This document shows positions 27,770 through 28,063 of a stretch of DNA of 28,063 nucleotides, one piece after another. The stretch is taken from NCBI GenBank assembly GCA_964525635.1, contig CAZGJX010000049.1, positions 1 to 28,063 on the forward strand, read 5' to 3'. Source of the stretch: an uncultured archaeon. GTDB taxonomy: Archaea > Asgardarchaeota > Lokiarchaeia > Sigyniarchaeales > SOKP01. Below the pieces are notes generated by a model, which was given only the letters and a program-made list of their open reading frames with translations, was not told the origin of the DNA and did no database searches. The first letter of the stretch is position 1. Every line of letters begins with the position of its first letter. The position numbers were made by a program, and so were the translations under genes.

Positions 27770-28063
27770 TGTTTTTAATTTGAACTATATTCTATACTTA
27801 TTATTTTAAAATAAAAATGGTTATTTATATCTTTTTTATTTAAAATATACGATTTTCAGCTTTCATTTATGAAAAAAGAATGATTTTTAAAAATAGATAA
27901 TTAAGAAAGGATTTTTTTTTATAATTATAAAACAGAATTATATAATAATACTGAGAGATTTTGATGATTTATTGGATTTATTTCAAGTTTAATTGTTGCT
28001 CTATATAGAAAATATGGTATTATAAACTAATAAATCTTGATAGTATCTCTTTATAAATAGTAT

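Noticed and set aside
27770-28063. Replication origin or ncRNA in the terminal AT-rich stretch
   Set aside because: No ORB-like repeats, cdc6/orc1 gene or GC-rich stems were seen; it resembles other intergenic spacers.

Overview
Very AT-rich archaeal DNA. The gene content (small P-loop GTPase, longin-like and V4R proteins, archaeal-type ThyA, SAMP/MoaD, oligo-T terminators) points to an Asgard archaeon, most likely Lokiarchaeia/Promethearchaeota; this is inferred from protein features, not from a marker gene. Bases 1-7150 form an accessory, partly decaying zone: a GTPase with an atypical G3 motif, a longin-like remnant, a complete IS1634 element (1789-3820; 14-bp perfect TIRs, 5-bp AAATT target duplication), a very acidic orphan, and a stop-interrupted gene with zinc-ribbon, six tandem ~60-aa HTH repeats and a PD-(D/E)XK-like C-terminus. 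Bases 7190-14600 hold core-looking genes: two hypotheticals, a RimK-family ligase, a membrane protein, YjjX, Maf, MoaD/SAMP, a B12-binding radical SAM enzyme and ThyA. Bases 14788-16931 hold a stand-alone XylR_N/V4R sensor followed by a longin/DENN-like protein with a Zn ribbon. Bases 16958-26320 hold two tandem PadR-headed ABC transporter cassettes with shared GATATATC operator-like palindromes; the second ATPase has its ATG out of frame by one base. TatD and a small hypothetical close the window. No rRNA, tRNA or CRISPR array was seen. All family calls come from motif recognition by eye.
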